From Balanoglossus misakiensis (lineage: Eukaryota; Animalia; Hemichordata): 64,000 nt of DNA. The notes beneath the pieces were generated by a model. It saw nothing but the letters and a program-made list of their open reading frames with translations, did not search any database and was not told where the DNA came from. The translations under genes were made by a program, and so were the position numbers. Of the stretch, positions 1 through 15,500 are shown in pieces. The stretch lies in NCBI GenBank assembly GCA_040954595.2, contig CM082583.2, positions 6,012,849 to 6,076,848 on the forward strand, in the 5' to 3' direction. Each line of letters starts with the position of its first letter. The first letter of the stretch is position 1.

Positions 1-1057
1 GCTGACTGCAAGGCAGATTGCAAGGTGCTGTAATTAACCCCGTTGGAAAAGGCAATTTACTTAAAATGTTGCTAACGACCTTACACAAGAGTAACTACTT
101 CGACATTCAATACACCCCTCTTCCAAGTTCACGCGCTGACATTTGGAATTAAGAACTGAGGTCCCCGCAGCCGAGTTACAGAAATCATGGTCTGCTGCGT
201 GTAAAGCATTTTGGCAGTGAATTGCCCGTGAACCGAACTTAGCTATAGTGTATGATAGCGTCATCGTTTGTATACTATGAAGGCTGGGTGAAAGGCTTGT
301 CACTGAGAGATAATTTGGCAACAGACTGTTACGTAAAAAAAGGTGACGTTATGGATGAGATGCGGGGATAGAGACGCGATAGTCGACAATATTCTTTTTA
401 AACAGATATTGCATCTGCGTCATGTGATCTTCAGAGCGTTATCGAGCAGCATCTATACGCGGCAGTTTGTTGAGGTTTCTGAGAGATTACACAATCGCTT
501 CATTATGGAAACTGAATTGAATAGTGATTGTGGCACTGTGTTCTCGCCGCGTGAAGGCACCTTCCGGATACCGTCTCTTGAATCAGCAGTAATGAGCGCT
601 TATAAACCTGGTGTACTTTAGTGGACGCGACTTCACCCCCTGGGCGATACCGTCACGCGACAACGGACAATTTTATCGGAAGATTAAAGCTCTGTTTTTG
701 AACAGATATAGTTTCCAGAACCGGTTACAGAAATTAGTGAATTCGACATTACAAGCTTAACCACATATTTCGATAATTTTCCTACGATAACCTAATTATA
801 CCACCGATTTCCACAAAACTAACACTACCAAGACCATTAAGAATATCGGTACGTTGGCATTTATTTATGACGACGTGTAGTGATGAAGCAGGCTGTGCAG
901 TATCAATATGCCTTTGGCCTAATATATTCATGTAGTACTAATCATATCGTTCAGAGTTAATGTATCCAGTGATTGATAGATCGGGATAGACGGGGGGGGG
1001 GGGGGGTGAAGATGGAGGGAGACAAGCAGACCCACAGACCGAGTATTAGGCATGAGA

Positions 1058-1083
1058 ACAGACAGACAGACAGACAGACAGAC
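1058..1083. repeat. (GACA)n microsatellite
   Basis: acagacagacagacagacagacagac. Confidence 0.9.
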
Positions 1084-4000
1084 TTGATAATGATTTGATG
1101 ACATTGATGGTGTCAGCTTACCACTGTAGTAGGATTCAGCGTCATATTATCTATTGATTGTTTTTTATGCAAAGAAAAGTTCAAAAATGCGTTCATCACC
1201 GCGTGTCAAGGCATCAGGAAGTGGGAGTTTTTTTTCAAAACGCGTGCACGAGAACAATTCTGCCGTTATTAGCGTTATGCATTCAATAAAAAAGCCGTGG
1301 TTCTGACACAGAAATAGCGACAGTGTTCATCTTTAACAATGCAGATATCTCGCGTGTGCAAAGTCATAAATTATTTATTCGAGTCGACGCTGCAGTTACT
1401 CCGTGCACGACGAAACTGTTTTCGCCAAAAATGAGGGATGGGCTTTTTAATTAAGAACGATACTTGTCAGACGCCAATGAATTGATAGATCATGTAACAG
1501 CCCGTCATTATTTAGCATCGCGACAATGACGTCATGTCGTCTGCCAAAACTGGTGCAAAAACACAGACGTCGCTACAGAATTCAGCTGATAGAAATCTTT
1601 TCATTTTTTTCGAAAATTCCCAGCTGTTTCATTGGCGTGCATAGAAAACGACAAAGTCTGAAAACCCAACAATTTATCGCTTATCAACCACCTGATGAGA
1701 TACAAACAGTAAATTATTGTTAACCGTCATATGACGCATGCACTCCAAAACCATACGCGTATATATCATTTCTTTCTTAATCTTTTACCTTTGACCCGAT
1801 ATTTGACTTAATTTTGACGTACTGAGGGATTGCATTTCTAAATTGAATACTTCAAACTGAGGTTTGGGGGAATTATCTTCGCACTGACAAAATTTAAAAA
1901 TAAACTTTAATAACCCTTAATTTTATCGGACATTTCGCACGTAGAGTAAGCCTAACTAATAAATCCATTAATTGTTGATTATATGTTTTTGATTGATTGA
2001 CATAAGTAACACCAACCAAGAACAAACTGGACTGCTAAATTAAGATCGAATGTGTACAGGTATATCGCATTGCAAATACGTTTTGCCAATATTTGATACA
2101 GATAAATGTTCAATCCAATTCACTGTATACTCAAAACTTGTATTTGGAAAAGAATATAATGTCATTATTAACCATTCGCGTTTTTTCATAAGCGTTCCGC
2201 GTGATAGATGGTGTCGGGTTGATATAAATCTGTCGAATGTGTTCATGCGGTCTGTGCGTCTCTCGAGGTGTTGACGATATCCGCCATGTCTCGGTCGTGG
2301 CATATTGGCCATGTTAACGATTCCGAGTCTCATATCAGACCTTCCTTCATATTCGAATGGTGCTATTGAAGTTGCCCTGTCACAGTGTGTAGCCGAGTCT
2401 TTCAATCCACTTCATCCCCCGATAAGCTTCGCCAACGCTGCTCTATACCACTCGAAATCGATGCATCATCGGCAATTTACGTGCGCCGTACAGATGCACA
2501 TGTCAAATTATTGTGTACACGGGTATCAAAGGACGCTATCAAATATTACTGCAGTCAAATGACAGGCATATTGATCATTGTCATCGCGCTGCCTTTAAAT
2601 CATACAACGGAAACGATCACGCAGACCGAACCCGGATGTTGGAGAAAAGGGGTATCCATGGCAACCCTTTTTCCATTGAATTCTCCCATTTTATTTTAGC
2701 CTTGGTTACTTTCTGACAGCTCAGTCCCTGGACTAATGCGTTATTATCTCGTCAATCTTTTGTCATGGTCGTATTTCTTCCCGAGGTTCTTCACATTTTG
2801 CAATTTTCAATTACACTGTCTGGGTCTTTGACTATAAGCTGGTTTTCTATATTGAGCTTTTCTTGAAAGGTAATGTAAATTTAATGCGAAATGTACACAA
2901 GGACAGCTTTGTGGACAGACTTTCTTTCCAATTATGTAGATCACATTTGTGCAAATGAAATATGTCTTTACGACCGCGGCTCTGATCTCACCACGTTATT
3001 TTCAAAAACCGTTCAAATCTTCTAACGCGTTTAACCGTAATTTGTTTACTGCATTTGACATGTTGGTAAAATTGACATCTTGACAGTACAACATGTGGAC
3101 ATGACCTCCAGCAAGTGTCGTTTTGCACTTGGCATTCGGTAACCGGGTTACCAATGCTTCTTATTTCGGAAAATCTATAGACGTGCCTCCGTTGCTTTGA
3201 TCACCGCATGCCAATTTAATCTCTTTTTCGCCGACAATTATAACACAAATACCTTTCCTGAATCTGCGGCGCGATAAATTGCAAAGCCCCATTTCCATGG
3301 TAACGCGTAACGCGACGGGGTTTTGAAATGACTTGCTTAGAATCTGGGGAGATAGTAGGTCATTAGAAAAATGTGCCAGCTGTCGTCTTCCATGCACATC
3401 AGACCGGAATTGCAGGAAAAGAACAAAAAATCGTATTGAATTTGTGACCACATGCGTGTTTTCGCTAATTGAAGTAATGGAGATGAAAAACAGACACACA
3501 CACATATACACTGACAGAGAGAGAGACAGACAGAGACAAGTGGCGAGACAGGGAGATGCAGGACAACAGAAATACACCAATTGGGAAGCGGGACAAGAAA
3601 GAAAGAAACATTCTGATTATCCCTTCATAGCATATAATGTGTTGACTCTCGGGTGAAATGTAAGCAGCGCTAGAAATGCTGAAAAAAGATCGAATTAATC
3701 GCGCAGGAGTGCACTGGCCTGTACGTAAATGTACATACGTATCTGGTCAATATGTAAATCAAATATTTTCTAGGAACACCACTAAATTATTCAAAATTAG
3801 GTTTGACTTCGGCTTTGACAGTGACGATGCATGCTCAAACAACATCAACAGACAATGAAAAGAACAAATATAGCGAGAAACTCTGACATGACTGACATTA
3901 AAAAGGGGGCCACGTTTGTTAAAAGCCATCGATAGGTGCCCTCCAGGACATCTTTCGATTTTAGCCTCAAGGGAGACGACGGAAGGCGCAATGTTTCGAC

Positions 4001-7000
4001 TTTTCACACAGAATATACACCTGAGAAAAAGATGTCAACTGTGTGGCGCCACCATTGACACTTAAACCCCGGGAAAGTTTAACTAAATGCCACTGAGTCA
4101 GTGATATGCTGAGTTAGCACACCTACTCAGCCATTAAATGAATAAAATTGCATTTGTTAACAACAACGAATATTTTTTTTATCGACATTAAGTCTTTTTT
4201 ACGATTGACATACTGTTAGACACCCCTCCGCATAAAAAGCATGTTTGTCGGTTCCATACACAGCCGACGGCGTTACAAGGCATAAAAACCCGCCATTTTA
4301 AACAGGGGAATCGTGCATTGCGGAGTTTCGAAAGTGTTGCTCCACTGAAAACGGCGGAAGGGACAACAAGTTTTATAGCGAACATTTTGGGATGAATATT
4401 AACAGCAACATAAAGAGACGTTTATGATGTGTGGTGTTTCTTTTCCAATATGAACGCCATTTCACATTTAATTACGGTTGATGGTTGCGATAACCAGGGA
4501 TGGGCAAAAGTCCACTATCGTGATGACATGTTTAATGATGGTAATGATGGTGGGATAATGTTCGCATACATTGCGTAATGATTTCATAAGCAATTTCTAC
4601 CAGACAATAATGATTTGAATGTGAACACTACCTGTCATTATGTAACTCTATGCCCAATGTATACGAGTCCCAAATGCTGGGTAGAATTTCATATGCGTTT
4701 CGAATTACTGTACGTGACATCGCGTATTGATTTTACCATGGAAGTGCTGTGGTACGTCCATGATTCTACGCCCCTACGGATACCAGTATCTTCCGTGACT
4801 TTGCATAATATTTCGAGTATTCCCGGGGGTACTTTGTCTACGGCAGTTGCGTAATTGTCTGGGCGTATTAAATTTGTAGACGTTTTGATTTCAGGAACGG
4901 TGTTCAGCAGCGCGGATGAACGTGATCCGTGATGTCATTTATTTCCATGGCGACTTGTTAACCCCATCACAAAAGTTTATGTGCATACACAGAACGTTCA
5001 ACGTATGTTGTTTTGTTAGCAATTGGGGGAATCAGCCTTTCAGGGTCGCGTTGTTATTTCCCCGATTGCGACATTCAACCGATTCTGTTCAGGTTTCTGC
5101 GGCGGTCTTGTTCGGCGACGAAACATCGACATTCGTGGTTAAATTAAACTGGTGATAAGCGCGCTGTGTATATGTACATGGTGTACTGAACTAACAGGTA
5201 GAGTCACTGCAGAAACCACAAACTTCGAATTCCGTCGCCGTGGACGACGAAAAGAAGACACCTCTATCAAAATACCTATAGTACACCACAGTCCCTGTAC
5301 GTTGTGTGTGGAGACCGTGAGAGCACACCATCACGGTCTGCACTCCAGTGACCGTGACATTATGAACCAAGGTGCTTCCAGAGTTCGTCAACAAACATAA
5401 CATTGTACACTACACGTACATTGTACATTGAAACTAATGTTGTTTTTGAACAAATGTTCACCGCCGCATCTGCAGTTGCACGCACATCTACGGGGGCATA
5501 ACTCACTGCGCAGAAAGCCTCTGTCGTAGAATTCTCTGACGTCGACGGCCAACTTTTTTTTTTCGATATTAAGCAATTATATTAATACTGGTGCAGGCGA
5601 TATATTTTCTCACAAGTAGAGTCTGTTAGCACCTAATCTGAAAGTAAGTGCTCTAGTTCTGATGAAGAATATATTTGTTTCACAAGAGGAGCTTGTTATC
5701 ACCCAATTTCCAAACTAATTTATATTACATCCAATCTGCAGTGGACGCACTGTAAGTTAAGCTGGTATTACACGGGCCCTTCACTGACCCAATGAACCGC
5801 GATTATTTTATGTGATTTGTTTTTCCAGGCACCCATTCTCAGCTCTGCCTTCGAATTCACGTTCGCTCCACCGCTGTACGTCTCGCGCGACTATTCCGAA
5901 CGAAACGACAGAAGATAGGAACGGTGACTATATATACACGAGAAAGCCAATTTACGAGAGAGAGAAACGCACAGCAAAATACCTTCGTTAAAGTGAAAAT
6001 CTCGCGAAAATTATTTTCGAATCTGAGACATCACTGCTTTGATCACGCCTCTCTCGGCACTCGTGTCTCACGAGGTTTATGTAATCATGCAATAATCCTA
6101 GGAGATGGAGTAAGCTTGTCAGCTAGTATAGATTCTTGTGTCAGCGACGTCCCAGAAGACTGCGTTTTGTTCTGCTCGACATGTCTTGGCAATCATTTTC
6201 GTCTCGGAACGGTTTTTGGAAAGCGAAGGCTGAGAAGATTCTTACATGTATATAATTCGAAAATTGTAATGACAGATCTATTTCTAAAGAAACACCATTC
6301 ACTTTAGTATTTGCTTCAACTGATCCAATATCAAGCAAGTGGCTGAAGACCATTAGAACACTCAGTTCCCAACTGGTTCTCTTATTCTCGGCGTTATTTT
6401 TTTTCTGAAATCACCCCTTCCGATGCTTTCGCTGATTTTAGTCTGAAATGCACACTTTCGATTTGAAACCACCCAAAGGCGCTCTTATAAAGAGTCGAAG
6501 CGTGCCTTATCGTCTCGTCCAATACCCGACGCGTTCACCAAGATAACATCATAAATGTTCCAAATGAGACACGACACCCATGCTGGACCGCGTTTATGTT
6601 CGCACTGCTATAAGGGGTTCGTGACTGGACAATGCGGTATTCCCGTCCTACACGATCTGAATTCGACCATTGTGTCTCTTCTAATACTTAATATTCACAA
6701 GAAACATATCAGTTTAGGGTTCCCGTTCCTGCGTACCGTAAACATATAAGTACCAAGCCAACAGACTCGAAGGCGTCCCTTTTTGATTAATATCAAACGT
6801 GGGGTCAAACATTTTACGTCTTCACTAAAATATATAATATCGCATACATCTATGTTGCTGATGATTATACCGGATACAAAAGAACTAACAATCTTTGTAT
6901 ATTATTCCTGGTACTTGGTTATCATCTTTTCATTTTTATTTCAGACTATGTACATGTATGTCCATAGAATACCCGGTGCCATTAGACTCTCTAAAGGGAC

Positions 7001-8573
7001 CGAGATATGAGAGCAGGAAAGCTCGATGAAAATCAGATTTTATCTCAGTATTTTTGCGTGGGTAGAAGCTGGAATACCTTTTGACCGACCATACATTACA
7101 CGTTTTGGATAATCATCCCACGTAGCATTATCACTCCACTGTTCAACCCACTCGTAACTAACACGTAGCCCCATGACCTTTACCGCATCCCCGAAACCCA
7201 AGAGTGTAATTATTGATTTTGTGTGGGTTATTTTCTTTTCAAAGCACATGCCCATACATCTATCTCATCACCCAAAGCATTGCTTCCGCACACAATTGAT
7301 AACTGTACAGAAAAAAAAAACGACCAAGAGCTCAGACACGGACTACTTATTCCTGCGAGTATTTGCCGATGAATCCCTTACAAGGCTAAATATCAGAATA
7401 TTCATTCATCAAAACAGGGGGGAATATGGAGAGTGGTGTCATCGAGCTGCAAGCAGAAAAAAATCTCTCTTCCATTGTGAGAGTGACATGCGAGTTTCTG
7501 ACGGATAAGATCAGCAAACATGTACATTGGATGTCTTGAGAAAACACATATACCGCAGCGAACCATCATAATGAACCAGTTTCTATCCTACCTTTATTAG
7601 AAAGCTGAAAGTACATGTGCTATAGTCACACCCACGACTCTAGTTTGAGATGAAATATTGATTTTTTTTCAGCTTAGTAAGAACTGACCTCGTTTTTTTA
7701 TGTATGCATCATTTAAACTATGACGTGGATGAGAGCTAAGTCAGGTACATGTACATTGTTTTCCTAAATTTAAATAGTATACAGGCAAACCCACCACGTG
7801 TACAATGGCTGTCTCTGTATCATGGAAGGCAAGAGGCCCCAATAAATTTGCCTCCTGTCAATTAAATATTGCGTATTATTTGACAATCGGCCAGATCTGT
7901 GCACTTGTATGGTCAGCTGTGGCGAGGCTCGGCACGGGAAGTCATTTGTCACCGATAGCCATCGATTAATAATTTCAGTCGGTGATTTCAATGGAGGTGA
8001 CATCCCTTCATAAGTGGGAATGCACATACGACCACCTGGAAATGCAAGCACTCAAAAAAACCTCATTCACGGCATCATGAGTCGAATTCAAAAGCAGCGC
8101 AGAGGCATTGTTGAGTCCGTTAAGAGAGAGGTTTCCTTGAATTGGCTCTGTTTGATTTTCCAGTGCTCTCGCTCTCAACCACACAAGTAGACTGCAGAAT
8201 AAGCCTGCTTGAGTTTGAGCAGCCTTTATATAACTTCCATTTTTTTCATGGAGTCGCGCGCGGTGGCATAATATGCTTGCCACACGAGCATTTAATACGT
8301 GATCGCTTGGTTAGTTAACATACTGGTCAACTCCATGCTTACCGGGCTATAATCTCAAGACTTAAAGAAGGCATACTTCTAGTGGCACGGCTCAAATTTC
8401 TTACATCATGGAACATTGAATTGAATCCATTGATATGTTTGAACTATTCTGCTTTGAATTTTTCGGGACTAGAACCCAGGCCCACCTTAACAATTACGTG
8501 CACCGACCACCGTCTGCGAGGTCAGTGAATGCTACAATATCGTATATGAGCACACCAGCGTACATGTTGTTAA

Positions 8574-8676
8574 TCAGGGGTCTTTCATTCATAGAAATGA
8601 CAGGTTTTTAAAGTTGAGAGGAAGTGGATCTTTAAAACCGTGAGCTTTATCGATACGAAAAGCGGAAAGCCCCTGA
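8574..8676. mobile_element. Small foldback element with CAGGGG...CCCCTG ends (hAT-like termini)
   Basis: TCAGGGGTCTTTC (8574-8586) vs GAAAGCCCCTGA (8665-8676); inner GGTTTTTAAAG (8603-8613) vs CTTTAAAACC (8630-8639). No 8-bp target-site duplication visible. Confidence 0.4.
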
Positions 8677-11600
8677 AAAGTATTTGGCCAATGCTGTAAG
8701 GGGTTGTGAATACTAACATTCAAGCATCATAAACGAAATGTCTTCGTTAATTAAGCTAGTTTTAATAAAGGGCGTTTAGCGCAGTCGTTTCACGAGGAAT
8801 ACTGAAATCTTTCATTGCAGTTAAGGTCAGTAAATGTCGCAATCTTAAATGATCATACCATTTCAGTCTATTTTCCCTCATTTAGGTACTGTATGTGAAG
8901 GCAAAAAGCAAGACAACAAAGTTCCTTTTAGACTTCATTGCTTTTTCAAACATCCTAACTGTTAGGGCTGGGGGAGGGGTTTCGGGTCAGACGGAATTAA
9001 TTTCGTCTATCGTGCGCACGTCGCAATTATCCACGGCTCCTAAATCTAATACCATTTAATCGGGTCAGGTGACTGAAATCCGGTTACTTTTCTTTTTCTC
9101 CGGTGATAATGGCGAGTGGCGATACTTCCCGAGTTCCACTTCCATGAAATACAAGTCTATTCAAGGCGTTCGTTTAAATTATCACTTTACTGTTGATCAA
9201 TAAACTTTATGCCCGGGGCCATAGCTGTGATTGGATGTGCCTCCAGACTTCTGATTTCTCAACGCGCACCACACAATGCCGCGCCCGGTTTTGCTTTATT
9301 CCTAGACATTTCAAACGCCGTGCAATTTCTATCAATCAGTTAACGCCATTTCACTGGGGAGTAATTCCAGACTGCGTAGATCCGTTTGTTTGGGAAAAAG
9401 TTTTGTCCGTCAAGTTTTTTTTACAACGTCTGTTTTTTGTTGCCGCTGAAGCGATCGTCGGAACTTTTAGCTGATTAGTACAACGGGGACTGTCTAACAA
9501 AGATCAATGTCTTGCTAAATGGAACTTAAAAGTTTCTGCCATGGTTTACCGCCTCCAGCCTCAATCACAATCTATAAATGAAAAAGGAGGGAGGGGGGAG
9601 ACGGCCAGTCAGCCTACAATTTATCAATGAACGCTGATTGAATTCCAGTTGCAGTCCGCGTACAGTCAGCGGCCACAAACGGGTGTAAATCAAAAGACTC
9701 AGTACGTGTGATTATGCCGTTAAGATATTCTGGACACCGGCGGACCCAATGTGCACGGTGACTTTATCTGCGTGAATTGAAGTGAATTGCCGTAACATTT
9801 GACCATTAGCGGCTAATGCAGGCAATCAGTACGCCTATGTTACGCTAATCCGAACATTAAATGCAAGCAATGGACGGCAGTTCAGGTAAACCTACAAAGG
9901 TTAGGGCCTGTGTGCATATGCATCAAATATGACTGTACATTGTACGCCTTTCGCATACTGCAGTACATACCAACCGCCAGTACACCTCTTCCGCTCGCGT
10001 TCATTACAGAGTCCCCACGGAAACCTCAAATGTTTTAACTTACATACATCTCCACATTCTTCATCCTAGCTATACGTCTTTTAATGGTTCACATTGCTTT
10101 TAAATGTATATGATTTTTCTCTGTAACCCAACAGCTTGCTTGCTGCTGTGCTATTCTGCGGCAGCTTCGCGGTTTTCTCGTGGTATTATTTTAATGGCGC
10201 TAAGAATGTAAAACAATTTTCCCCAAATAATAAAGATAAGATGCTGACTTATATGACGATATTTAGAGATTTATGTACATAGGTAATTTTAATAATGAGG
10301 TATTCCTTCAGCATGAAAACAAACGTTACTTTAGGAAATCTGTCTGGCCATAATTTGATGTACACGTAATAACCCCCCTCCCCCGCCCGAAAATAATATA
10401 CTGTTTCAGAATCAGCCACAGACGTACACGCAGTTTTAAATGTCGTGATAAATTACATATATGTCCAATTCCCGAATTTTATTTTTATCAGTCTATAAAT
10501 ACCTTGAATAACACGGAAGGCCGAATCACTCTAACCACACACACAACAAATTTAACTCGGGAACATAACAGGGTAATTCCGTCATCAGCCGCCGCGTATA
10601 TCGCAGCCACAGAGAAAACACCACAAGTCTGTTCACCTGGGTCCGTGAGTAGAAATGGTCTCGGGAGGTTTTAAGTCAATAAGTAAATTCCAGAAACAAG
10701 CTCTGCTGCCTGTCTTGTTTTTTTGGTGCAATCTTGAAACCCTGTTCAGGGAATGAAATAAATAAAGGTTGAAGTCACCAACACGGACGTGCTTAATTCA
10801 GTAATGGTTCCCCCGTGAACATCACAAGCTATACAGCCGCATTGACCGCCCAAGTCTTTTAATTTACTTATATCGTTAAGTAATAAATGTACACCGAGTA
10901 ATATTAGCAAATGCATTGTTTCGCATTAATCATTTAATGGCCTCCGCGGGCTGCGGATGTATGCAAGAAACCACTTGTAATACTATATTGATTCGTTTTG
11001 CCACTGTTTGCACGCTAATATTCCCGTTGACAGAAGACTCGCTTCCATGGTTAATTTTAACGTAAATATTTTAATGGATGGCCTAACAAATTTGAATTAT
11101 TACAGGAGGTATAGGTGGTCGCCTTGAAAGAAAAACAGGCCGGGTACGATGTTATGCTCTGTTTGATATATATTACACTGGGGACTAAAATGGGGACTGA
11201 TAATTACAGCGAAAAGGGTTTTGGCTAATGTTACACATATTAGGTCGTCGCACACCGCCGAGCACGAAAAATACGGTAAAGAGTGTTAAATAAATCAAGC
11301 GATTGTCATCTACCGTTTCTATCATCACTAAAGACATGTGTAGACATAGGGATGAAGAAATGGAGATGGAATTGAGAGTAAATATTATCCTAGTCTAACG
11401 TATTTAAGATAATTAAGATTTATGCCAAAACGTATGCCCGAATGTAAAACCTGCCAAATCGTTTTGAAAATGTCCTTCTGATGTACAATCCTGAGATCAT
11501 GCGTAGTGAGCATCGTGGTCTGTATGCAGAACAATCTACCGCCAATATTTGGATGGATACGAGCACGAACAGACCTCTTGTAATGATTGGCTAACTTCGT

Positions 11601-12149
11601 TAGAAAGTCATGCATAATGCCGAGCTCTGCATAAACGAGATGTGCCCATCAGCGTATTTCAGTTATTATTTTATCCAGACTGAGCGCTGTTCATTGGATA
11701 TCTAGGGGTGAAAAAAACAGACTGTAAAAATCCGTTGTAGCGCATGATGCAAGAATATTTGCCATTTCTCTTCAAGGAGTTTTCTATCCATCTCAAATGC
11801 AAAAGAGGCATATCACGATATCGTATTTCATCTCCAGGACAGCGTCTTGAAAAGAGTTGGACAAACAGCTCGCCATGGTTTCCGGTATCACCGCGCATTG
11901 AAAGCTGTGACAAATCATCCATGTGCGCTATACAATTCCATAACTTGGCATTTCAAAAAGGCGTTCCATTAAGCAGAATTCGCACTACCCACTGAGCTGG
12001 CACTTCTGAATTTTTACATTCAGCCACTGAGCCATTTCCAGTAAACACAGCTCCGGGATTTCTTCGGTGTAGTATTTCACTCCTAAAACAATTACTCCAC
12101 AAAATCTATTATTTCCTAACTTCCTTAATAAGTACATAAGCAGAGAAAT

Positions 12150-12510
12150 AAAAAAGGCACTGTAAAATTTTAACTAAAGTCATTGAAAATCAGCACAGCT
12201 CTGTACCTAAACAGCCTTAATCATTCTCAGTCGGTGGTTCCGTGTAAACCGTCAATTATCAAATTACCCGGTATTCAAATTCTAAAGTGGATATAACAAG
12301 GGCTGTTACTCGCCACCAACTATATAGCGACCATGACATAAAACTGAGTCCTTTGAATAATGAGCCGTACAATCACATCCAAACTACCAATTAACAGTAA
12401 ACACTGTAGCAAGAACCCTATTTATCCAACACATATCAACGGCCCGGGGTCTCTGAACCGTTGCAGGATTCGACCCACGCGGCGATTCGAGAACACAGAT
12501 ACACTCGACT
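12150..12510 (-). mobile_element. Possible degenerate tRNA-derived SINE
   Basis: B-box-like GGGTCGAATCC on the minus strand at 12476-12466 (one mismatch to GGTTCGAATCC). The A box is not clearly recognisable and the boundaries are approximate. Confidence 0.25.
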
Positions 12511-15500
12511 CATTATCGATAACTAAATGTACCAAAATAGTAAGCAAAAAATAATTCAGTAAACCTGGACAATGTCATTCGCCGTCGTAAACAAGCGGCT
12601 CAGTAAATACAGGTCGACATGTTGTTGATTCTTAGTACGAATAAAACTCAACTCAGCAAAAGCACAAACGAACAAAAAAGAATCATTAAATGCTGTATAC
12701 ATGTACGTATTGACGATGTGCTAATAACGTCAATACATAGTCAAAGAAATTCGTCCGATGATTTGACGATGCCATTGTGCAAGGTTATAAATAGACGATT
12801 TTGCGCTCGTTGCGATATACATGTACATTGTAGCTCGCAAGACTTGGTTAAATACCATGGCAACGGGTTGGTAGCCAGGTAAGACAAGTCAGTCAAGCTT
12901 TGTAACTTTCACACGATGGGCCTTGTTCTGTTTTGTCCTATCTGTGCCACATGATAATGCCCGCCCCATATAATCTGCCTAGCCACGCGAGATCTCGCAG
13001 GATCTCAGGGAGTTCAGGAAATGGCCTATTGCATATTCAGCGCCGTTTGCAGTAACTACGCGAAATCTTAATGATAAAGGAATCCGGGCTCCGGTTGATA
13101 ACAGAAACCGAGTGAGTGAATACTGACCTTTGCAACAGAGATCCGCTGATGCACTGCGGCAGAATCAGTAAACACTGCCTGATACACTCGTGATTCGAGG
13201 ATACAAATTGAACCCACAATTTGGTCAATATTGAGCGATACTCTAATGATAGGAGAATGCAAACAAGCGACTCGGTAAGTACCATTTAAAGGGAAATAAT
13301 AAATATTAAAGGTTCCATTACACTTCCCCTGTGCTGACGCATTTGACATTTGCTCTCGTGCGTTCTAAGGTATAATGGCAAGCAGTCTAAGATCTAGACA
13401 ACCATTTCATTTGCCTATCCTCTCAGGGACAGGCGCGCAGTGGAAGCTGCGCAAGGTCAAACGGGAAAACTCAGCCGGAGCCCGGTTGTAAAGCCGTCAG
13501 TTGCCATCCCAGCAGAAAACTGATAAGGAATTCATCACGGACGTGCTGTGTACTTTGCGAATGGAAAAAAAGGCACGAGTGGGATCGCTGCTTCCGCGAT
13601 TTCCATCTCTTCAAAAATTACTGCCTGTCAGTGCAACAACCCCTTCGCCTCGCTTTTTATGATTACATATCAGAGAGATGTGTTTGCGCGCTTGTACGAC
13701 ACGACACCATTTCAGATACAGCATCCCAATATCGATCTTTTAAAGTACGGGTCGTTTAGGCAGCGCCATTAACTTTGACGACAGTATCTGCCAATGTGCT
13801 CGATCAAACTTCAAACACATTCTGTGCAATTCTGATAAAAAGCCAAATTACACGTAAAACCTCTAACATTACGAATTCTGTCATCATGCAGCTATCAATT
13901 TCTTCATCCTAATTGGACTCATACCAGATATTATTCTATATACATGTATTTTGGGCTCAGTGTGAGCGGATAATGGACTCAAGTCACTTTCCGTTCCCAT
14001 AGAAACGATCGCGGCATCTGGATTTTAAGTGTGTTTTCTTTACGTTTAATATCGGTTTGATAAAAAACGAATGCCGGATTAAAATGCTTAAATACAAACA
14101 GTTTGATGCGTCACACGGCTTGATTCCGAGGCAGCTGTGATATATTTTAAAGGTAGGCATCTAACATGTCTTTAAAATCGATGAAAATCAATCACACATG
14201 TTCCCCGTATCATTCTCCTCGGCATACATTTACCGACAAAGAATGAGGCATTCTAATTTCGTCGTCTGACCCTTGGTTTCGTAAGTATCAATTCCTGGCC
14301 TCGGCATTATCAAGTTCCTAGGAGATGTTGCACGGGCACAAAAACAGAATGCGTATTCACGTGTTATTCGAAGACTTCCATCTGACGTGTCTTCTTTGTC
14401 TCCCGGAATAGATCGCGCTCCGAAGCCCTCGTATACTGACGCTAATAACATCTCTTTTTCACGAGGACTGCCAGTCTTATTTTGCATTTGTAATATCAAT
14501 GGTGTATATACTCACTCGTTGGCGTTGATATGCAGTGTTACATTGTATGATAACATGCCCTGTAAATACGCTCATGGCGATACCCTTGGAAAAGGTTCTT
14601 TCTGCATGCATACACTCATGTAACAAAATGGCTAATACTTCGCATGCGATATTTATGTCAGGCTCGTCGTTGCAAAAATTGTAAACTGTTTGCTGTTTCT
14701 ATCAGGAGACCCATTTCAGCTATTATGCGATATACAAATTCAGGAGAAGGGCTAAAACACGCATTTTTCTCATAAACGATAACACATTTAGTGGCGATTA
14801 GCGAACACTTTCCTTTACGCACATACAAAGGGCATTTGCTTTTTGCCTGGTTCAATCAAATTGATGCCATATGTTTCGGACATGTTTTGATATTTCGAAC
14901 TCGTCTTTTTAATAAAAGGATTAATGCAGATTGTTGTAGTATTCCGCTGATTCGTTCTCCCTCGAACGATGTCGATCGGCGTTTGCGCAGAGAAAGGCGC
15001 GCAGAATGAAAATTACTGGAGACAATGTGTAAAACGTGAACGTGCGGTGCAAACAAGCAGACGACAAGACACTTTGACGCTTGCGCGGTATTGTCTGTTT
15101 TCCCCCAGTTCCAAAAGGCTTCTGCTGATAGGTTAATTTTCCCACTGACGGCACTCGTGGCGGTGTACATATTTACAACTTTTCCTTTTGTGTGCGTGTG
15201 TGTGTCAATGAAAAGGAAAATGATGGCCGTGTGTCTCGTTTTGTTTACCTGTCTAATCGTGATCCAATAACGAAATCCAGATTAAGTTACCGAGACACGC
15301 ATTGGATTATTTACCGACAGCCCCCAAAATCAAATACTGACTTTCACGTGCACTTTGCCAAGACCATGGAAAAGTAGCCGTTGACAGGTGTCAATCATTT
15401 GTATGCGTGAAACTGGTTGGTCAACGAAGATGCTTCATGCTGATTGAGTACTTTCCCTAATATTTGGTCTTTTGTCCTCCGGTTTTGAAAAAAAAAGAAA

